Of a stretch of DNA of 64,000 nucleotides, positions 30,491-45,100 are shown piece by piece. The position numbers were made by a program, and so were the translations under genes. Numbering within the stretch: the stretch's first letter is position 1; each line of letters begins with the position of its first letter. The notes under the pieces are model-generated. The model was not told the origin of the DNA and ran no database searches. It saw only the letters and a program-made list of their open reading frames with translations. Source of the DNA: the human T2T-CHM13v2.0 reference genome, Homo sapiens; assembly GCF_009914755.1 (NCBI RefSeq), contig NC_060930.1. One strand, written 5' to 3'.

Positions 30491-33400
30491 AGATTTCATA
30501 CTCCAGTTTAAAAGAAGACATTTCTCTATTTGATAAAAAAGCAAGATTCAACTACAATGTTTCAGTAATTGATATAACAGTTAGATAGAAAATTATTAAG
30601 GATATAGAAGTTTTGGAGGCAGTGGAGCAAGAGAGCCAAATATTGAACCCTCCAACAACTGTTCCCCGGCAGGAACACCAAACTGAAAAACTATCCATGC
30701 AAAAAAGCACCTTTATAAGAACCAAAAAATCAGATGAGCCATTATGGTACCTGGTTTTAACATAGTATCAAGGAAAGAAGCATTGAAGAGGGTAGAAAGG
30801 GCAGTATTGCATTGCCTACACCACCCCTTCCCCATGCCCCATCAAAGCTGCATGGAGAGACAATCTGTGTGCTTGGGGAAGAGAGAGTCAAATGAATGTG
30901 GGACATTCCACTGAAACTCAGTGCTGCCCTGTCACAGCCAAACACAACACAGGGCAGAATTCTCTTGGTGACCATTGAGGGAGCATTTAGAGCAGCACCA
31001 AACAGAGAATTCTTATTCCCAGTGGGAGGAATCTGAGTCCTGGCTGGATCCACCAGCAGCTGACTTAAGTGGTCTGGGGCCCAAAATAAATTTGAGAGGC
31101 CATAATGCCACAAAGACTGCAATCCTTGGGCAACCCCTGGTGCTGTGCTGAGCTCAGAGGCAGTGGACTTGGGATGTGACCCATTGAGACATCAGCTTTG
31201 GCAGCTGAGGGAGCACTGGCATCACCCCTCCCCCAATTCCAGGCAGTGCAACTCAGGAAAGAGACTCATCTTGCCTACAGAAAGGAGAGGGAAGAGTAAG
31301 GAGGACTTTGTCTTGTTGCTTGGGTACCAGCTTAGCTACAGTAAAATGAAGCACCAAGCAGATTCCTGGAATCCCCAATTCCAGGCCTTAGCTCCTAGCT
31401 GGCATTTCACACCCACCTTGTGCCATAAGGGGACTCACTGTTCTGAAGGGAAGGACCCGGTCCTGGCAAGATTCATCACCTGCTGATTGAAGAGCCCTTG
31501 GTCCTTGAGTAAACATCAGTGGTATACAGGCAGTAGTCCTCATAGGCCTTAGGTGAGACCCAGTACCACACTGGGTTCAGGTAGGACCCAGTGCAGGGCC
31601 AGTGTGGTGGTCACAGCAGTACATGCATCACTCCTGCCATAACTCCAGGCAGCACGGTGTGGAGCAAGATGCATTCTGATTGGAGAAAGAGAGAGAGGTG
31701 ACCTAAAGACATTGTCTAGTAACCCAGGAAATTTTTCTTTATTTTACCCAAGCCCACCAAGGTGGTGCCTCTAGAAGTCAGTAACAGCTACAATGTTACT
31801 GGGCTTAGGGTGCCCCTTAGTACTGATATGGTGGCAGTGACCACAGGCTTAGATCACAACACTCAATTTCTGTTGAACACATGGAAAACCTCATCAAGAA
31901 GGATGGTACAACAAACCCAGACTGCTAAAATTGAAATAAATACAAAACTCTTCAATGCCCAGACATCAACAAACATACAATACACAAGCATTAAGAAAAT
32001 CCAGGAAAACATGACCTCACCAAATGAACTAAAGAATCAGTGACCAAGCTCAGAGTGACAGAGATATGTGACCTTTCAGACACAGAATTCAATAATTGTC
32101 TTGAGGAATCTCAATGAACTTTAACACAGTACAAATTCAGAATTCTATCAGAGAAATTTAACAAAGAGATTGAAAGTTTTAAAAATCCAACAGATATTCT
32201 AGAGCTTAAAAAATCAATTGTCAAACTGAAAAATGTGTTCGAGTCTCTCAACAGCACAGTTGATCAAGTAGAAGAAAGAATTAGTGAGGTTGAAGACAGG
32301 CTATATGAAAACACATGGAGAAGAAAAAAGAAACAAGAATAAAAAGAATGAAGCGTATCTACAAGATCTAGAAAATATACTCAAAAGGCCAAATCTAGTA
32401 AGTTATTTACCTAAAAAAAGGTAGAGAGAAATCAGAATAGAAATTTTGTTCAAGAAATAATAATAGAACTTTTCAAACCTAGAGAAAGACATGAATATCC
32501 AGATACAAGAAGGCTATAAAACACAAAGCAGAGTCAACCCAAATATAACTACCCCAAGGCACTTAATTATCAAACTGTTGAAAGTCAAACATAAAGAAAG
32601 AATTCTAAAAGCAGCAAGAAAAAATAAACAAATAACATATAAAGGAGCTTCAATATATCCGGCAACAGACTTTGCAGCAAAAACCTACATGACAGAACAG
32701 AGTGAGATGACATATTTAAAGTCCTAAAGAAAATAAACTTCCATTCTAGAGTATTATATCCAGAAAAATTATTCCTCAACATGAAGTAGAAATAAAAACT
32801 TTCTGAGACAAACAAAACCTGAGGGATTTCATCAATACCAGGCCTGTCCCACAAAAAAAAAAAAAAAAACGCTAAATGAAATTCTTGAATCTGAAAAAAA
32901 GACATTAACAAGCAACAAGAAGTTGTCTGAAGGTGTAAAACTCACTAATAATAGTAAATACACAGATAAATACAGAATACCCTAACATTGTCATTATAGT
33001 GTATAAACCAGTCATATCTTGAGTAAGAAGATTAAAAGATAAACCTGTCAAAAATAATAACTACAACAACTTCCTAAGAGATAAACAGTACAAAAAGATA
33101 TAAATAGAGGCAACAAAAACTCAAAAACCAGGAGAAGAGGGTGAAGTTCAACTGTAGACTTTTCTGGGTTTCTTTGTGCTTGTTTGTCTGGGTTTTTTTA
33201 ATAATCAGAATAACTTGGCATCAGTTTAAAATAATTGGCTATAAGACGTTATTTGCAAGACTCATGGCAACCACAGAACAAAAACCTTTAACAGATACAC
33301 ACAAAAAAATAAAAAGTAATACATTTAAACATGCTACCAGAGAAAGTTACTTTTACACAGAGGAAGACAGAAAGGAAGGAAAAAAGAAAAAGAAGATCAA

Positions 33401-33536
33401 TAAAACAACCATAAAACAAATAACAAAATGACAGTGCTTAGTTCTTACCTGCCAATAATAGCACTGAAAGTGAATGGACTAAATTCTCTAATCAAGAGAC
33501 AGAATGGTTGAATGGATTTTCAAAAATCAAGACCCA

Positions 33537-33832
33537 GGGCTCAGTGTGTTGGCTTATGCCTGTAATCTCAGCACTTTGGGAGGCCAAGGCAGGTGGATCA
33601 CTTGAGGCCAGGGGCTTGAGACCAGCCTGGACAACATGGCAAAACCCCATTTCTACAAAAAAAAAAAAAAATACAAAGATTAGATATACATGGTGTAGTT
33701 CCAGCTAGCTACTAGGGAGGCTGAGGTGGGAAGATCACTTGAGCCCAGGTGGTCAAGGCTGCAGTGAGCTGTGAGCATGCCACTATACTCCAGCCTGGGT
33801 AATAGAGCAAGACTATGTCTCAAAAAAATTTT
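33537..33832 (+). mobile_element. AluJ-type SINE in the L1 ORF2 start
   Basis: gagcccaggtggtcaaggctgcagtgagc. TSD aaaaa[t/g]caagaccca. Confidence 0.93.
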
Positions 33833-36523
33833 AAAAAGCAAGACCCAACTATATGGTGCCTACAAGAAACTTACTTCACCAAAAAAGACACACATAGACT
33901 GAAATAAAGGAATGAAAAATTCAATGCCAATGGAAACCAAAGAATAGAAGGACTTGTTATAGTTGTATCAGATAAAATAGATTTCAAGAGAAAATCATTA
34001 AAAAGAGAGAAAGAAGGTCATTTTATAATTTTATAATGATAAAGGGGTCAATTCAGAAGATCATATAACAAATGTAAATATATACCCAACACAAGAGCAC
34101 CCAGATATAAAAGCAGATATTGATAGATCTAAAGAGGAAGATAGACCACAATACAGTAATAGTTGGAGATGTCAACACCCAGAAATTAAACAATATGTTT
34201 CTAAATGACCATTAGGTCAATGAAGAAATTAAGAAGGAATTTTTTTAAAAATTGAAACAAATGCTGGAAACACACCATACCAAAACATACAGGATATAGC
34301 AAAAGCAGTACAAAAGGGGAAGTTTATAGCAATAAATGCTTATGTCAGAAAAGTAAAATATTTTCAAATAAACAACCCAGTGATGCATCTTAAAGAACTA
34401 GAAAAGCAAGAGTGAACCAAACAAAATTCTACTAACCAAAATTAGTACAAGAAAAGAAAAATAAAGATCAGAGCAGAAATAAATAAAATTGAGACAAAAA
34501 TACAAAAGGCCAACAAAACTAAAAGTTGGTTCATTGAAAAAAGATAAACAAAATCTATAAATTTTTAGCCAGGATAACTAAGAAAAAAGAGACCCAAATA
34601 AATAAAATCAGAGATAAAAAGGAAACATTACAACTGATACCGCAGAAATACAAAGGACCATTAGAGACTATTGTAAGCATTATATGCCAATAAATTGGAA
34701 AATGTAGAACAATAGATAAATTCCTGGACACATACAACCTACCAAGATTGAATCATGAAGAAATAAAAAACTTAAACAGACCAATAATAAGTAACAAGAT
34801 AGAAGCAGTAATAAAATGTTTCCTATTAATAAAAAAAAGTCCATGACCTGATGGCTTCATTGATGAGCTCTACCACACATTTAAGGAATCCTATCCAAAC
34901 TGTTCTAAAAAAAATGAGGAGGAGGGAATACTTCCAAAGTCATTTTATGAGGCCAGTATTACCTTGATACTAAAACCAGACAAAAACACATCAAAAAAAA
35001 AAAAAGAAAGAAAAAGAATAACTATAGACCAATACATATACTCAAAAATCCTCAACAAAATACTAGCAAACCAAATTTGACAACACATCAAAAAGATCAT
35101 TCATCATGATCAAGTGGGATTTAAGGATGGGATTCCAAGTATACAAGGATGGTTCAACATATGTAAATCCATAAATGCAATACATCGTATCAAATGAAGG
35201 TAAAAAAAACTGTATGATCATTTCAGCAAGTGCTGAAAAACAATTCAATAAAATCAACATTTCTTCAAAATATAAACTCAAAAAACTCGATGAAAGCCAC
35301 ATATGACAAACCCAGAACTAGTGTCATACTGAATGAGGTAAAACTAAAAGCCTTTCCTCTAAGATCTGGAACAAGAAAAGGATGTCAAAATGATTTCCAA
35401 ATTGGAAAGAATGAAGTCAAATTATCCTTTTTTGCAGATAATATATTATATCATAATATATATATTAGGAAAACCTAAAGACTACATCAAAAAACTCATA
35501 GAGCTGATAAATTCAATAAAGTTTCAGGATACGAAGTCAACATATGAAAATCAGTAGCCTTTCTATATGCCAATTGTGAGCAACCTAAAAAAGATACCAA
35601 GAATGTTATCTCATTTACAGTAGATACAAATAAAACAAAATGCCCAGGAATAAACTTAACCAAGGAAGTGAAAGATCTCTACAATAAAAACCATAATACA
35701 TTGGTGAAAGAAATTGAAGAGGACACATAAAAGTGGAAAGATATTCCATGTTCATGGATCAGAAAGATTAATATTGATAAACTGTTTATACTACCCAAAG
35801 CAATCTATAGATTAAATGTAATACTTATTAAAATATCAATAACATGCTTCACAGAAACAGGAAAAATAATCTTAAAATTTATATGGAACCACAAGAAAAC
35901 CCAGAATAGCCAAAGCCATCCTGAGCAAAAAGAACAAAACTGAACTTCAAATTATACTACAAAGCTATATTAACCAAACCAGCATGGTACTGGCATAAAA
36001 ACAGAAACACAGACCAATGGAACAGAATAGAAAACACAAAAATATCCATACATTTATAATAAACTCATTTTCAACAAAAATGCCAAGAACATACATTGGA
36101 GAAAAAAATCTTTAATTAATGGTGATGGAAAAACTGAATGTTAATATGCAAGAGAATGAAATTAGATGCCTATCTTTCACCCTATACAAAATCCAAAATA
36201 AGATGGATTAAATATTTAAATCTCAGGCCTAAATCTATGACATTAGAAGAAAACATTGGGAAACACTCCAGGACATTGCTCTAAGCAATTTTTTTTTGAG
36301 TAATACCTCAAAAGCACAGGCAATCAAAGCAAAAATGGACAAATCGGATCATATCATGCTAAAAAGTTTCTGCACAACAATGGAAACAACCAGAAAGTGG
36401 TGAGACAACCCACAGAATGAGAGAAAATATTTGCAAACTACCCATCTGCCAATAAATTAATAACCAGAATATGCAAGGAGCTGAAACAACATCATAGGAA
36501 AAAATTAATCTAGTCAAGAATGG

Positions 36524-38210
36524 TTTTAACTAAGGAGGTGAAATATTGCTACAAAGAAAACCACAAACACTAAGGAGAGAAAGTATAGATGACACAAACA
36601 AATAGAAAAACATTCCATGCTCATGGACCAGAGGAATTTTATTAATTAATAAAATGACCATACCATCCAAAGCAATCTACAGATTCAATGCAATTCCTAT
36701 CAAAATACCAATGTCATTTTTTCACAGAATTAGAAAAACAGATCCTAAAATTTATATGGGGCCAAAGAAGAGCCCAAAAACCAAAGCAATCTCAAGTAAA
36801 AAGAACAAAGCTGGAGGCATCACATTACCTGACTTCAAATTCTGTTACAAGGATATAGGAACCAAAGCAGCATGATATATTCATGTCCTTTGTCCACTCT
36901 TTAAAAGTATAAAAATAGACACACAGATCAATGGAACATAATAGAGAACCCAGAAATAAAGACACATATTTCTAGCCAGTTGATCTTTGGCAAAGTGGAA
37001 AGGAACATGCACAGAGGAAAGACATCCTTTTCAATAAATAGTGCTGGAAAAATTGGATTGGCATATGTAGAAGAATTTATCTCTCACCATATACAAAAAT
37101 CAACTGAAGATGGATTAAACTTAAATATATGACCTGAAACTATAAAAATGCTAGAAGAACACCTAGATAAAACTCTTCTGGGCATTGTTCTACGTAAAGA
37201 GCACATAACAAAGACCTCAAAAACACAAGCCACAGAAACAAAAATAGAAAAATGGGTCTTAATTAAGCTAAAAGGACTTTCTTCACAGCAGAAGAAACAA
37301 TCAATAAACAGAATGCCTGCATAATGGGAGAAAATATTTAGAAACTATGCAACTGGCAGAATTTACAAGGAACTCAAACAACTCAACAACAACAACCTAT
37401 TAAAAAGTGAGCAAAGAATATGAGTAGACATTTTTTCAAAAGAAGACATAAAAATGTCCAACAAGCATATGAAAAAATACTCAACATCACTAATTATCAG
37501 AGAAATGCAAATTAGAAGGACAATGAAATATCATCTTACACCAGTCAGAATGACTATTATTAAAAAGACAAAAACAACAACAGACTTTGGCTAGGATGCA
37601 AATAAAAGAGAATGTTTATACACTGCTGGTGTGAATGTAAATTAAGTACAATCTCTATGGAAAATAGTATGGAGATTCCTCATAGAACTACCATTGGATC
37701 CAGCAACCCCACCACTGGGCATCTACTCAAAGGAAAAGAAATCATTATATCAAAAATACCTGCACTTATATGTTTATTGCAACATTATTAATAATAGCAA
37801 AGATGTGCAATCAACCAAAGTATGCATCGACAGATGATTGGATAAGGAAAATGTGGTACATATACACAATGGAATTCTACTCAGCCATAAAAAGAATGAA
37901 ATCATGTCTTTTGCAGCAACATGGAACTAGGGGCCATCATATAAAGTGAAACAACTCACACACAGAAAGTCAAATACCACTTATTCTCATTTATAAGTGT
38001 GAACTAAATCATGTGTACACATGGGCATAGAATGTGGAATGATAGACACTGGGAGGAGGGGGGACATGGGGGAATGAGAAATGACTTAATATGCACATAC
38101 ATATTATTTGGGTGATCGATAAAGTAAAAGCCCAGACATCATCACTACACAACATATCTATGTAATAAAACTGCACTTGTACCCCTTACATTTATATAAA
38201 TAAGAAAATA
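36524..38210 (+). mobile_element. 5'-truncated L1PB-type LINE-1 nested in the L1MA element in the same orientation
   Basis: Repeats the ORF2 3' region already seen at 35660-36500 (PSKAIYRFNAIPIKIPMSFF). It has its own 3' end (aaaagcccagacatcatcactacacaacatatctatgtaataaaactgcacttgtacccc). Confidence 0.85.
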
Positions 38211-38212
38211 AT

Positions 38213-38518
38213 GGCCAGGCATGGTGGCTTATGCAGGTAATCCCAGTACTTTGGGAAGCAAAGGTGGGCAGATTGCTTGAGCTCAGGTGTTCGAGACCAG
38301 CCTGGGCAACATGAGGAAACCCTGTCTCTACAAAAAAAATATAAAAATTAGCTGGACGTAGTGGGCACATGCCTGTGGTCCCAGCTATTCAGGAGACTGA
38401 GATGGGAAGATTTCTTGAGCCCAGGAGATGGAGGCTGCAGTCAACCGAGATTGCACCACTGCACTCCAGCTTGGGCCACAGAGTGAGACCCTGTCTCCAA
38501 TTAAAAAAAAAAAAAAAG
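38213..38518 (+). mobile_element. AluJ-type SINE in the tail of the nested L1
   Basis: gattgcttgagctcaggtgttcgagaccagcctgggcaac; gaggctgcagt; A-tail. Confidence 0.93.
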
Positions 38519-38550
38519 ATTGGGCAAAAGATCTCAATAGACATTTCTCA

Positions 38551-38901
<351 letters not shown>

Positions 38902-39646
38902 TCAGAAAAAATGTAACTCAAAACCGCAATGAGATATCATCTCACCCTGGTTAAAATGGCTTTTATCCTCAAGACAGGCAATAATGAATGCTGGTGAGAA
39001 TGTGAAGAAAGGGGAACCCCTCATACTCTGTTGGTGAGAGAGCAGATTAGTACAGCCACTATGGAGAACAATATGAGGGTTCCTAATAAATCTACAAATA
39101 AAACTACCATATGATCCAGCAATACCACTGCCTGGGTGTATACCCGAGCAAAGGAAATCAGTATATCCAAGACATATCTGCACTCCCATGTTTATTGAAG
39201 CACTATTCACAATAGCCAAGGTATGAGATCAACCTAAGTGTCCATCAATGGATGAACAGATTTTTAAAATGTGGTACATGTACACAATGGATTATTAGCC
39301 ATAAACAATGAAATGTCATTGTTTGCAACAACATGTAATGCAAGTGGAGTAGTTTATGTTAAGTAAAATAAGCCAGGCATGAAAAGACACAAGTCACACA
39401 TTCTCAGTAGCACATGGGAGCTAAAAAAAACAAAAACTGAACTCTTGGAGATTGAAAGTAGAAGGTTTTTACTAGAGGCTGGTTGGGGTGATTGGAAAGG
39501 AGGCAGATAAAGAGGATGATTAATGCATACAAAAGTACAGTCAGGAGGGGCACCCAATAAAAGTGGACAAAATCTTTAAACAAATATTGCCCCAAAATGA
39601 TAAACATGAACAGCCAATAAGATCCTTGTAGCAGAAATGGCAAGAA

Positions 39647-39936
39647 CCAGGCCATGGTCTTCCATGGATCAGGGGCCAGGCCATGGCCTTCCATGGGGCA
39701 GGGGCCAGGCCATGGTCTTCCATGGGGCAGGGGCCAGTCAGTGGTCTTCTGTGGGGCAGGGGCCAGGCCATGGTCCTCCATGGGATGGGGGCCAGGCCAT
39801 GGCCTTCCATGAGGCAGGCACCAGGCTATGGTCTTCCATGGGGTAGGGAGCAGGCAATGGTCTTCCGTGGGGCAGGGACCAGGCTGTGGTCTTGTGTGGG
39901 GCAGGTGCCAGGCCATGATCTTCTGTGGGGCAGGGC
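39647..39936. repeat. 29-bp G-rich minisatellite, 10 copies (ccaggccatggtcttccatggggcagggg)
   Basis: Units start at 39647, 39676, 39705, 39734, 39763, 39792, 39821, 39850, 39879 and 39908. Confidence 0.95.
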
Positions 39937-40414
39937 ACTCACATACTTGTCTGAGTTTTGCTTACACAGCTGTGTTCATTTTACTGAGCATCTCTCGAGC
40001 TGTGCAGTAGAGATACTGCACACTTCTCTGCATGCTCCGCATATGTTATGCTTTGAAAAACACATTTACTTGAACAGGCAACAACATACAGTGAAAATTT
40101 TTTAAGGTAATAATGTGAGGAATCTTTTTGTAAAGATGCATCTGGTTTTATAAGTTGAGTTTTTGTTTTTGTCTTTTTCTCTAACAGAAGACAGGTTGAA
40201 AATAACAAAAGTTATAGCTGTGAGGAACTGTAATTGTCATACCCAAATATTATTCTTAGATGGGTGAATTGCCCTAACTGTGGACCTCCACCTGCTTGTC
40301 TGGTGGGTATGAAGTGCTGTCTCTACACACGTGATGCATCCAAAAGTGGATTTGATGTGCACAAAATCTCAACTGCCATTCCTTAAGTATATTTTGTGCA
40401 AGAATGTGCCAGTA

Positions 40415-40768
40415 TGTATTAGTCCATCTCATGCTGCTAATAAAGAAATACCCAAGACTAGGAAGAAAAAGAGGTTTAATTGGACTTACAGTTCCACATG
40501 GCTGCGGAGGCCTCAGGATCATGGCGGAAGGGCGAAAGGCACTTTTTACATGGCTGCGGCAAGAGAAAATGAGGAAGAAGCAAAAGCAGAAACCCCTGAT
40601 AAACCCATCAGATCTGATGAGACTTATTCGCTATCACGAGAATAGTGCGGGAAAGACCGGCCCCCATGATTCAATTACCTCCCCCTGGGTCCCTCCCACA
40701 GCACCTGGGAATTCTGGGAGCTACAATTCAAGTTGAGATTTGGGTGGGAACACAGCCAAACCATATCA
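40415..40768 (-). mobile_element. THE1A-type MaLR solo LTR
   Basis: tgtattagtccat...gaggaagaagcaaaagcagaaacccctgataaacccatcagatct...cagccaaaccatatca. TSD cagta/cagtg. Confidence 0.93.
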
Positions 40769-41529
40769 CAGTGAATCACAAACAATCCCAATGAAGACAC
40801 AACTGTGTTAGTTTTCCTGGGAAGAGTTTTCTTTGGAGAAATCTCACAAAGGGAAGAGAAAAGCCCTCTGGGCTTCAGCCTTTCATTATGAGTGTTTCCC
40901 AAAACATAAACTAATTCTGATAAACCCAGACAGCTCTCGCAGCTGGTCCTGTAGGGGCCCAGAGCTAATCCACCTGGGCTGACACACCTGAAACATATGT
41001 ATCTTAAAATTACCGCATTTCAGTTATTTCATTCATCAGGGGCTTGTTGATCTCTCATGCCATATCTACTTGCTCCTGGGTCTGGATACAGACAAACTTC
41101 AGCTCACAGCTTCCCTGGCCTCCGGCTTCTTTTCCACAAGCCCCGGTGGGGCTTGCACTCCTGGCCTGCCTCACTGACTGCTTCTCCATACATTCTTCCA
41201 ACAACTCGCTTGGGTTTGGGGCTGTTGTGTGGCTCTGAGCCTCAGCACAGCTGTTCTACCTGGAAGTAAAATACAGGGGTTGTTCTCAAAAACACACTGA
41301 TCCCAACGGTGGGAAGAAGAAAATGTGGCAAAATTCCTTATAAAAAGTGTATGTGAAATACCACAGGATAGGACAAAATACAGGTTAAAAAAAGAAAAGA
41401 AAAGAAAAGAAATCTTGCGTGTATTAGACGTTTACCAAACCTGAGGCACGGCGCTTGCAGTGATTACCTCATTTAACCCCGGCAGCTCTTCCTTCCAGCG
41501 ATGATCCCACCAGCCACATGAGGTCACCA

Positions 41530-41790
41530 AGCTCTTGAAAACCCTGGCAACGTGCATTAAGTGTGAAATGCACATGAGGTTTCAAAGACTGGGAACAAGA
41601 GAAGACATACGGGATAATCTTCACGTCCATTACACGTGGTGTGATAAACTTTGGGTCTCTTCTAGTAAATGATACACATTATTAAATTAACATCCCCGTG
41701 TCTTTTTGCTGTCTTTAGTGTGGCTACTAGAAAACATCGATGAGCCTGTGTGGTTCACATTATATTCCCATTGGCAGCATGGCTCTAAAT
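41530..41790. mobile_element. MER33-type hAT fossil within a MIR remnant
   Basis: aagtgtgaaatgcacatgaggtttcaaagact...gtgtggctactagaaaa...gtgtggttcacattatatt. The flanks are MIR-like. Confidence 0.6.
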
Positions 41791-42380
41791 GGTCCTGTAA
41801 GGATGTGGCATGAACCAAAAAACTGAAGTTTCGAGGGCTGTAATTTGCTGGGGCACAGAATGGAATCTATGTCTGACCCTCTCCCAAGCCCACACTCTGA
41901 ACCTTTGTGCGGGGGGATGTGCTTTCCAACATGAGGCTCAATTTAAGGAATTTGGTTCATAAAATTAATTTTTTGAATGCCCCCTTGACACCCCACCCAA
42001 TGCCTGCTCTTTCCAGGACTCTGTGCCAGCTCTGTTTCTGGGCCTAGGTGGCCACTCAGCCTGTGTCCATCCTGCGAGGTCAGGACAGGGACTGCCTGAC
42101 GACAGTATCTCGGGACCTTGTCCCCTTCCATCTGGGCTCCCAGGGATCCCAAGTCCCCAGGCTTTATTTCTTTAGAGCCTTTGCAGGGCTGGTTCCTTCT
42201 GGGATTCTAAAGTTACAGGGCAGCAGGTCAGGTTGCCACCTCCGCGCACCATGCCGAGGGCATTGTCCTCTGCTACTCATTGGCCTTTCCCGAAACTGTA
42301 TTCAAATCACCAGCCTGTGGTTCTACTGTACCGCTGAGTTTGAATGGAAGGGATGGAAGGTTCTGTTACGACGCTTGGGG

Positions 42381-45100
42381 CACTCACATACACTCACACA
42401 TCTGCGCAAATACACTTACACGACACACACTCATTCTCTCCCACACACCAACGCTCCCTCTGTCCGCACACACTCATTCGCACACACACCAACGCTCCCT
42501 CTGTCTGCACACACACTCATTCACACACACACCCCCCAATGCCCACCTCTGTCCACACAGATACTCATTCACACACACACGCCAACGGCCCCCTCTGTCC
42601 ACACACACACTCAGTCACACACACCAACGCTCCCTCTGTCCGCACACACACTCATTCACACGCACACAATGCTCCCTCTGTCCACACACACACTCATTCA
42701 CATACACACAACGCCCACCTCTGTCCACACAGATACTCATTCACACACACACAACGCCCCCTCTGTCCGCACACACACTCATTCACACACACACAACGCC
42801 CCCTCTGTCCGCACACACACTCATTCACACACACACACCAACGCCCACCTCTGTCCACACAGATACTCATTCACACACACACACCAATGCCTGCCTCTGT
42901 TCACCCACACACTCACTCTCACACACACACCACTGCCTGCCTGTCCACACTTATTTACACACACACAATGCCCACCTCTGTCCACAAGACACTCATTCAC
43001 ACACACACACCAATGCTCCCTCTGTCCACACAGATACTCATTCACACACACACACACACACCAACGGCCCCCTCTGTCCACACACGCAATCATTCACACA
43101 TACACACGCCAACGGCCCCCTCTGTCCACACACACACTCATTCACACACACACACCAATGCTCCCTCTGTCCACACACACTCATTCTCACACACACACAC
43201 CAATGCCCACCTCTGTCCACACAGATACTCATTCACACACACACACACCAACGGCCCCCTCTGTCCACACACACACTCATTCACACACACACCAATGGTC
43301 CCGCTGTCCACACACACTCATTCACACACACACACCAATGCCCACCTCTGTCCACACACTCATTCACACACACACACACACCAACGGCCCCCTCTGTCCA
43401 CACACACACTCATTCACACACACACGCCAACGGCCCCCTCTGTCCACACACACACTCATTCACACACACACACCAATGCTCCCTCTGTCCACACACACTC
43501 ATTCACACACACACACACCAATGCCCACCTCTGTCCACACAGATACTCATTCACACACACACCAACGGCCCCCTCTGTCCACACACACACTCATTCACAC
43601 ACACACACCAATGGTCCCTCTGTCCGCACACACACTCATTCACACACACCAACGCCCACCTCTGTCCACACAGATACTCATTCACACACACACACCCCAA
43701 TGCCTGCCTCTGTTCACCCACACACTCACTCTCACACACACCTCTGCCTGCCTCTGTCCACACACACTTATTTACACACACACACAATGCCCACCTCTGT
43801 CCACAAGACACTCATTCACACACACACACCAATCCCCATCTCTGCACACTCATCCACACACAGACACACACCAATGCCTCCCTCTGTCCACACATACTCA
43901 TTTACACACACACACCAACGCCCACCTCTGTTCACACACACACACACCAACGCCTCCCTCTGTCCACACATACACTCATTCACACACACACCAATGCCCC
44001 CCTCTGTCCACATACTCATTCACACACACACACCAATGCCTCCCTCTGTCCACACACTCATTCATACACACAACGCCCGCCTCTGTCCACACACTCATTC
44101 ACACACACACAAAATGCCCACCTCTGCACAGACACTCACACACACACACCTCCCTCCGTCCACACACACACTCATCCACACACACCGCCTGCCTCTGTCC
44201 ACACACACACTCATTCACACACACACCAATGCCTCCCTCTGTCCACACATACTCATTTACACACACACACCAACGCCCACCTCTGTTCACACACACACAC
44301 CAACGCCTCCCTCTGTCCACACATACACTCATTCACACACACACCAATGCCTCCCTCTGTCCACACACTCATTCATACACACACACAACGCCCGCCTCTG
44401 TCCACACACTCATTCACACACACACACAATGCCCGCCTCTGCACACTCACACACACAACACCTCCCTCCGTCCACACACACACTCATCCACACACACACC
44501 GCCTGCCTCTGTCCACACACACACTCATTCACACACACACCAATGCCTCCCTCTGTCCACACACTCATTTACACACACACACACACAATGCCCGCCTCTG
44601 TCCACACACACTCATTCAAACACACACACCAACACACTCCTGTGTCTGCACACACACTCATTCAAACACACACCAGTGCCTCCCTCTGCACACTAGTTCA
44701 CACACACACACCACCTCCCACTGTCCACACATTCACGCACACACACAATGCCCACCTCTGTCCACACACTCATTCACACACACACACAATGCCTGCCTGT
44801 CCGCACACTCATTCACACACACACCAACGCCCCCCTCTGTCCACACACACTCATCCACACACACAACCAATGCCTCCCTGTGTCCACACACACACTCATT
44901 CACACACACACCAATGCCTCCCTCTGTCCGCACACAGATTCACACACACACACACCAACGCCTCCCTCTGTCCATTCATTCACACACACACACAATGCCC
45001 GCCTCTGTCCACACACTCATTCACACACACACAGTGCCCACCTCTGTCCGCACAGGCACTCATTCACACACACACACTAACACCTCCGTCTGTCTGCACA
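42381..45100. repeat. Large (about 2.7 kb) CA-rich compound minisatellite, unit about 36-46 bp (ctctgtccacacacactcattcacacacacaccaatgcccac)
   Basis: Dozens of directly visible units with variable internal (CA)n lengths. Confidence 0.97.

Noticed and set aside
31960-36500. L1 ORF1/ORF2 as a functional retrotransposon
   Set aside because: Many stops, frameshifts, internal deletions and nested insertions.
40495-40515. PRDM9 hotspot motif position in the THE1A LTR
   Set aside because: The minus strand reads CCTCCGCAGCCAT, which mismatches CCNCCNTNNCCNC at two fixed positions.
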